Assembly (NCBI GenBank): GCA_947646655.1
Contig: CANSHI010000001.1
Span: 125,570-189,569 of the forward strand
Source: an uncultured bacterium
GTDB lineage: Bacteria > Bacillota_I > Bacilli_A > RF39 > UBA660
DNA length: 64,000 nucleotides
Direction: 5' to 3'
The position numbers and the translations under genes were made by a program. The notes under the pieces are model-generated. The model saw only the letters and a program-made list of their open reading frames with translations, searched no databases and had not been told where the DNA came from. Positions 59,337 through 64,000 of the stretch are shown here, piece after piece; positions within the stretch are counted from its first letter, which is position 1; every line of letters starts with the position of its first letter.

Positions 59337-59755
59337 TAATTAACACCACTTTCTTTAGTTACAATTTTAGTTTTTACACTAAGTTTATGTGCTGCAAGAC
59401 GTAAGGCTTCGCGAGCGATTTCTTCGCTTACTTCTCCTATTTCAAACATAATCTTGCCTGATTTTACTACTGCTACGTATTCTTCTACGTTACCTTTACC
59501 TGTTCCTTGACGAACGCCTAGAGGTTTAGCAGTTCTACCTAAATGTGGGAAAATGTTAATCCATACTTTTCCTCCACGTTTCATATAACGAGTCATCGCT
59601 ATACGAGCTGCTTCAATTTGTTTAGCATTAACGTATCCACCTTCAGTAGCCATAAGACCGAATTCTCCAAAATGTAATTCAGTATTACCTTTTGATTTAC
59701 CTTCGTATGATAGACGGTGAGGTTTTCTATATTTAACTCTCTTTGGCATCAACAT
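59336..59755 (-). CDS. rplP: 50S ribosomal protein L16
   Basis: [14 protein letters not shown]…. Confidence 0.95.
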   Translation of the reverse strand: MLMPKRVKYRKPHRLSYEGKSKGNTELHFGEFGLMATEGGYVNAKQIEAARIAMTRYMKRGGKVWINIFPHLGRTAKPLGVRQGTGKGNVEEYVAVVKSGKIMFEIGEVSEEIAREALRLAAHKLSVKTKIVTKESGVN

Positions 59756-60512
59756 TGGTATTACCTCCTTTTACATCTTTATTTTCGTGATTATTTTCTC
59801 TGTTAGTTGGTCTGTTGTTATTTCTTTGTCTATTATCACGATTTTTTGGACGTCTGTCTGTCTCTTCTTCTAATGAAGCAGGTACACCAAGGATTTCTCC
59901 TTTGTAAATCCATACTTTTACACCAATTTTTCCATAAGTTGTATCAGCTTCGCTTGTTGCATAGTCGATATTAGCACGTAGTGTATGTAGTGGTACAGTA
60001 CCTTCTGTGTATCCTTCACTTCTTGCGATTTCAGCTCCACCTAATCTACCAGAAACTTTAGTTTTAATTCCTTTAGCTCCTGCTTTCATAGTGTTTCTGA
60101 TTGCACGTTTTTGGGCATTTCTGAAGCTAGCTCTGTTTTCGATTTGACTAGCGATAGAATCTGCAACTAATTGTGCATTCATATCTGGATTTTTAACTTC
60201 AACGATTTGTACGTATACTTCTTCGCCAGTTAATTTTTTTAAGTCGTTTCTTAAAACTTCTATTTCTTTTCCGCCTTGACCGATGATTACACCTGGTCTA
60301 GCAGTTGATATTTTAACGTTAGTCTTTTTATTATCTCTTTCGATTACGATGCTTGATACTGCTGCATCTGATAATTTTTTGAATAAGAATTCACGCATTT
60401 TAATATCATTTAAAAGTTTGTCAGCAAAATCATTTTTACTAGAGTACCATTTACTCTTCCAGTCTTTATTAACGCCTAATCTAAATCCATTAGGATTGAC
60501 TTTTTGTCCCAT
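59733..60512 (-). CDS. rpsC: 30S ribosomal protein S3 with about 40-aa basic/low-complexity C-terminal extension
   Basis: [14 protein letters not shown]…; tail …[40 protein letters not shown]. Confidence 0.9.
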   Translation of the reverse strand: MGQKVNPNGFRLGVNKDWKSKWYSSKNDFADKLLNDIKMREFLFKKLSDAAVSSIVIERDNKKTNVKISTARPGVIIGQGGKEIEVLRNDLKKLTGEEVYVQIVEVKNPDMNAQLVADSIASQIENRASFRNAQKRAIRNTMKAGAKGIKTKVSGRLGGAEIARSEGYTEGTVPLHTLRANIDYATSEADTTYGKIGVKVWIYKGEILGVPASLEEETDRRPKNRDNRQRNNNRPTNRENNHENKDVKGGNTNVDAKES

Positions 60513-60871
60513 TATTTTGCCTCCTTTACAGTCTCAGTTTTTCCGTCTGATACTTTAACTACTATATGACTTGTTCTATGATCATGTCTATTTACTCTAG
60601 AACGGCTACCAAATTTAATTCTTTTGATAGTTTGTCCTGGATTAATATAACATTCACTTATAATAAGATCGGATTCGTTAAGTCCTAAATTATTTGTTGC
60701 ATTAGCTGCAGCAGAATTTAAAACTTTAACGATAAGTCTACTAGACTTGGTATTAGTACCTGCTAAAATAGTTCTAGCTTCTGAAACTTTTTTCCCTCTT
60801 ATGAGGTCCATAGTCATTCTTGCTTTTCGTGGAGCTACCATAGCGCCTTTATGTATTGCATAAGTTTCCAT
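60512..60871 (-). CDS. rplV: 50S ribosomal protein L22
   Basis: Canonical. Confidence 0.9.
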   Translation of the reverse strand: METYAIHKGAMVAPRKARMTMDLIRGKKVSEARTILAGTNTKSSRLIVKVLNSAAANATNNLGLNESDLIISECYINPGQTIKRIKFGSRSRVNRHDHRTSHIVVKVSDGKTETVKEAK

Positions 60872-60882
60872 ACTTTACCCTC

Positions 60883-61146
60883 CTACTTATTTCCGCCGTG
60901 TCCAGTGAATTTACGAGTTAATGCAAACTCACCTAGCTTGTGTCCTACCATATCTTCAGTAACATATACTGGGATAAAATCTTTTCCATTGTGTACTGCA
61001 AATGTTAGTCCTACAAAGTCTGGAAAAATAGTAGAACGACGAGACCAAGTTTTAATAACTTCTTTTTTAGGACTGCTCTTAGCTGCTTGTACTTTTTTCA
61101 TTAAATCTTTAGCACAGTAAGGTCCTTTTTTTAAACTTCTTGCCAT
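60883..61146 (-). CDS. rpsS: 30S ribosomal protein S19
   Basis: [10 protein letters not shown]…. Confidence 0.95.
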   Translation of the reverse strand: MARSLKKGPYCAKDLMKKVQAAKSSPKKEVIKTWSRRSTIFPDFVGLTFAVHNGKDFIPVYVTEDMVGHKLGEFALTRKFTGHGGNK

Positions 61147-61156
61147 TTTAGTTCAC

Positions 61157-61987
61157 CTATTTCTTCCTTCTACTGACTATTAGCTTGTCAGAAGCTTTTT
61201 TATTTTTACGTGTTTTTAGACCAAGAGCTGGTTTACCCCAAGGTGTCATCGGTGCTTTACGTCCAACTGGTGCACGTCCTTCACCACCACCGTGTGGGTG
61301 ATCGTTAGGGTTCATAACAGAACCTCTATTTGTAGGTCTTACACCCATATGCCTTTTACGTCCAGCTTTACCTAAATTTACTAATTCATAGTCTTCGTTT
61401 CCAACAACTCCAACTGTCGCCATACAAGTTCCTAGTACTTTACGCATTTCTCCACTTTGTAAGCGAAGCATAACATATTTACCTTCTCTACCCATAATTT
61501 GAGCACTTGTACCAGCACTTCTCGCAAGTTCTCCACCTTTTCCAGGTTTAAGTTCGATGTTGTGTACAACAGTACCAACAGGAATGCTTGCAAGTGGTAG
61601 GGCATTTCCTACTTTGATGTCGACATTTTCGCCTGATTCGACAATCATATCAACTTTCAAATCTTTAGGTGCTAAGATATATCTCTTTTCACCATCTTTA
61701 TAGTTTAATAACGCAATGTTAGCACTTCTGTTTGGGTCATATTCGATAGTTGCAACACGTGCAGGAACGCCATGTTTATTTCTTTTGAAATCGATAATAC
61801 GATATTTTTGTTTAGCTCCTCCACCGATATGATTAACAGTTGTTCTTCCTAAATTATTACGTCCACCTGTTTTAGTTTTCTTTGCTAGAAGACTTTTCTC
61901 TGGTGTACACGTAGTAATCTCTTCGTTTTTTAGTGTTGACATTCCACGTCTACCGTTAGTGGTAGGCTTATATTTCTTAATTGCCAT
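61157..61987 (-). CDS. rplB: 50S ribosomal protein L2
   Basis: [17 protein letters not shown]…. Confidence 0.95.
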   Translation of the reverse strand: MAIKKYKPTTNGRRGMSTLKNEEITTCTPEKSLLAKKTKTGGRNNLGRTTVNHIGGGAKQKYRIIDFKRNKHGVPARVATIEYDPNRSANIALLNYKDGEKRYILAPKDLKVDMIVESGENVDIKVGNALPLASIPVGTVVHNIELKPGKGGELARSAGTSAQIMGREGKYVMLRLQSGEMRKVLGTCMATVGVVGNEDYELVNLGKAGRKRHMGVRPTNRGSVMNPNDHPHGGGEGRAPVGRKAPMTPWGKPALGLKTRKNKKASDKLIVSRRKK

Positions 61988-62001
61988 AAAAAGTCCTCCT
62001 T

Positions 62002-62277
62002 TTACATTTCTATTGTGTTACCTTCTACTAAAGTAACATAAGCTTTCTTATAAGTTTTAGTTTTTCCAGTATATCTTCCAACTCTTTTGTTTTTAGCTTT
62101 AGTGTTTAGTGTAGTAACTTTTGCTACTTTAACATTAAATGCTTTTTCAACTGCATCTTTGATTTGGAATTTATTAGCATTCTTATTAACTTTGAATACA
62201 TAAGTTTTTCCATCGCTTGAAACAACACTAGATTTTTCAGTGATAACTGGTGCAATAATTATATCTCCGTAATGCAT
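62002..62277 (-). CDS. rplW: 50S ribosomal protein L23
   Basis: Canonical. Confidence 0.9.
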   Translation of the reverse strand: MHYGDIIIAPVITEKSSVVSSDGKTYVFKVNKNANKFQIKDAVEKAFNVKVAKVTTLNTKAKNKRVGRYTGKTKTYKKAYVTLVEGNTIEM

Positions 62278-62900
62278 TAGCTAAGCGCCTCCTCGATATA
62301 TTTAATCGCTTCTTCATCAAATACAATTGTATCTGAGTTAACGATGTCATAAACATTGATTTCATCAGCCATAATAGCATCAGTATATCCTAGGTTGCGT
62401 GTAGACATATATAAGTTCTCAGCTTCACCTTTTGTTACAAATAATACTTTCCCATCTAGCTTCAATGTCTTTATTAAGTCTTTGACTGTCTTAGTTTTTA
62501 TTTCAGCAAAGTCGATATTATCAATTACTACTACTTCATTAGCAGCTAATTTATGACTTAATGCTGATTTAAGAGCAAGTACTCTTTCTTTTTTATTTGT
62601 TTTAAATCCATAGCTACGTGGAGTTGGTCCAAATACGATTCCACCGTGTCTATATTGTGTAGAACGAATTGATCCTTGACGAGCATTACCTGTACCTTTT
62701 TGACGGTATGGTTTACGTCCTCCTCCTGATACTTCACTACGAGTTTTAGTCTTAGCAGTACCTTGTCTTACAGCATCCATCTGTAATTTTAAAGCCTTTT
62801 TTAAGACGATATCATTTGGTTCAATTCCAAAAATATTCTCATTTAGTTTTAATTCTTTTACATTTTCACCTTTAAGGTTAATAACGTTAGTTTTATTCAT
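62277..62900 (-). CDS. rplD: 50S ribosomal protein L4
   Basis: Canonical. Confidence 0.9.
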   Translation of the reverse strand: MNKTNVINLKGENVKELKLNENIFGIEPNDIVLKKALKLQMDAVRQGTAKTKTRSEVSGGGRKPYRQKGTGNARQGSIRSTQYRHGGIVFGPTPRSYGFKTNKKERVLALKSALSHKLAANEVVVIDNIDFAEIKTKTVKDLIKTLKLDGKVLFVTKGEAENLYMSTRNLGYTDAIMADEINVYDIVNSDTIVFDEEAIKYIEEALS

Positions 62901-62924
62901 GTTTAAGTTCTCCTTTCACAAGAA

Positions 62925-63770
62925 TTAGGCTGCTGCCTTTTCTTCCTCTTGTGTTTCAGATTCCTTAGTTTCTTCTACATTAGAAGTTTGTTCTGTTTCA
63001 GTTTCTGTTGCTTCTGGAGTAGAGGCTTCTTCTACTTGGTTATCACTTGCAGTTTCTTCTACATTAGTTGGTTCGACATTAGTAGAAGAATCAATAATCT
63101 CTGCAGTAACACTTTCATAAGAAACGATTTCCTTTGGAGCTACAGTTCCACCTTTAACAGCAGATCTAATTAAAACTAAAGAATTTTTTGGTCCTGGAAC
63201 ATTACCACTAACTAAAATATAGTTATCAGTAGTGCTCACTTCTATGATTTCTAAGTTTTGGACAGTAACTGTTTCGTTACCCATATGTCCAGCAAGTTTT
63301 TTACCTTTTAGAACACGCATTGGACGCATAGTACCAAGTGAACCTGGTCTTCTATGATATCTTGAACCGTGTGTCTTTGGTCCTTCTGATTGTCCATGTC
63401 TTTTAATAACACCTTGGTATCCTTTACCTTTAGATGTTCCTGTTACATCGACGATTTCTCCTGGCGTAAATACGCTAGAATTTAATTCTTGACCTAGCGC
63501 ATATTCGGAAACGTTGACGTCTCTGATTTCTTTTAAGTAGCGCTTAGGATTTGTTTGAGCTTTTTTTGCATGCCCGATGCTAGCTTTTGTAGCATTTTTT
63601 TCTTTTCTGTCTTGGTAACCTAATTGAATTGCTTCATAGCCATCAGTTTCTTTTGTTTTGATTTGAGTAACTACGTTTGGTTCAACTTCGATTACTGTGA
63701 CAGGAATTACTTTACCTTCTTTCGTAAAAACCTGAGTCATTCCGGCTTTACGACCTAAGATTCCTTTCAT
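62925..63770 (-). CDS. rplC: 50S ribosomal protein L3 with about 70-aa acidic (E/T/S-rich) C-terminal tail
   Basis: [15 protein letters not shown]… The core ends at about residue 210, followed by …[54 protein letters not shown]. Confidence 0.9.
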   Translation of the reverse strand: MKGILGRKAGMTQVFTKEGKVIPVTVIEVEPNVVTQIKTKETDGYEAIQLGYQDRKEKNATKASIGHAKKAQTNPKRYLKEIRDVNVSEYALGQELNSSVFTPGEIVDVTGTSKGKGYQGVIKRHGQSEGPKTHGSRYHRRPGSLGTMRPMRVLKGKKLAGHMGNETVTVQNLEIIEVSTTDNYILVSGNVPGPKNSLVLIRSAVKGGTVAPKEIVSYESVTAEIIDSSTNVEPTNVEETASDNQVEEASTPEATETETEQTSNVEETKESETQEEEKAAA

Positions 63771-63792
63771 AATCTTTCATCCTTTCGTCATT

Positions 63793-64000
63793 TTATTTTG
63801 TTTTTATTTCGATTCCGACACCACTAGGAAGATCTAAGCGACCCATAGCATCGATAGTTTCTTTACTAGGGTTTTTGATATCGATAAGTCTGTTGTGAGT
63901 ACGACGTTCAAATTGTTCTCTTGAATCTTTGTACTTATGTACAGCTCTTAGGATAGTAATCTTCTCAATTTCAGTTGGAAGTGGTACAGGTCCAGATACT
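63793..64000 (-). CDS. rpsJ: 30S ribosomal protein S10, C-terminal part (gene start lies beyond window end)
   Basis: My translation of the 3' end gives …[16 protein letters not shown]. Confidence 0.8.
   Translation of the reverse strand, partial: VSGPVPLPTEIEKITILRAVHKYKDSREQFERRTHNRLIDIKNPSKETIDAMGRLDLPSGVGIEIKTK

Noticed and set aside
50919-63173. Numerous 60-130-aa plus-strand ORFs inside the ribosomal-protein region (for example 53242-53472, 53363-53758, 57101-57322, 58354-58641, 60283-60558, 62949-63173)
   Set aside because: They are antisense to highly conserved r-protein, secY and adk genes. They have no SD and have low-complexity translations.
1-64000. CRISPR arrays, rRNA genes, complete IS elements or transposases
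   Set aside because: I found no regularly spaced direct repeats, no rRNA-like conserved stretches, and no transposase-like ORFs. Only the small excisionase-like HTH gene and a possible gene remnant at about 20470-20600 hint at past mobile DNA.
1-64000. Mollicutes-type genetic code (UGA=Trp), considered because of the very low GC
   Set aside because: Long ORFs, including the 858-aa, 815-aa and 740-aa genes, are intact under the standard code. Sporulation genes and LPXTG-like proteins also argue for a walled Firmicute.
1-64000. sipW (signal peptidase for SipW-cognate signals) or a sortase gene near the TasA-like / LPXTG-like genes
   Set aside because: I looked for them and found none in this window. 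They would have to be encoded elsewhere.

Overview
The window comes from a low-GC (about 28-30% by eye) Firmicutes-type chromosome that uses the standard genetic code. The 858-aa, 815-aa and 740-aa genes read as intact ORFs, which fits standard code. The organism is an endospore-former, because a spoIIGA-sigE-sigG-ylmC locus is present. It is Gram-positive in architecture, because two surface proteins carry LPXTG-like sorting signals.

The right third (49.9-64 kb, minus strand) is the conserved S10-spc-alpha ribosomal-protein superoperon, running rpsJ to rplQ and including secY-adk-map-infA-rpmJ-rpsM-rpsK-rpoA. rpmD (L30) is absent from it. Several ribosomal proteins (L3, S3, S5, L20) carry terminal extensions. 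The infC-rpmI-rplT and rplU-prp-rpmA operons lie at 36.5-38.9 kb. There are four tRNA genes: Ser-GCT, Leu-TAG, Met/Ile-CAT and Arg-CCT.

The most unusual content is a multi-copy family of secreted proteins: four intact paralogues at 968-2533, 9703-10839, 33143-35065 and 42161-43714, plus one promoterless 3' fragment at 43821-44484. Each has a SipW-cognate (TasA/camelysin-type) 'S/TYAYF' signal peptide and a TasA-like N-domain. Each also carries a roughly 330-aa Cys-containing C-terminal domain that I cannot place in any known family.

One intact copy and the adjacent fragment are inserted between sigE and sigG. That copy's sigma-A-like promoter carries an 11-nt poly-G/C tract inside the -35/-10 spacer, which is a candidate phase-variation switch. 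Another copy lies downstream of a TtcA-like PP-loop ATPase gene and two tandem genes for MacB-like ABC ATPase-FtsX fusion proteins.

Other items are two paralogous Flg_new-repeat surface proteins, an orphan PilD/PilC pair, an orphan 858-aa gene in a tRNA-flanked island, a long imperfect palindrome, an infA remnant, a repeated 50-bp intergenic motif, and a 30-codon hydrophobic peptide gene.
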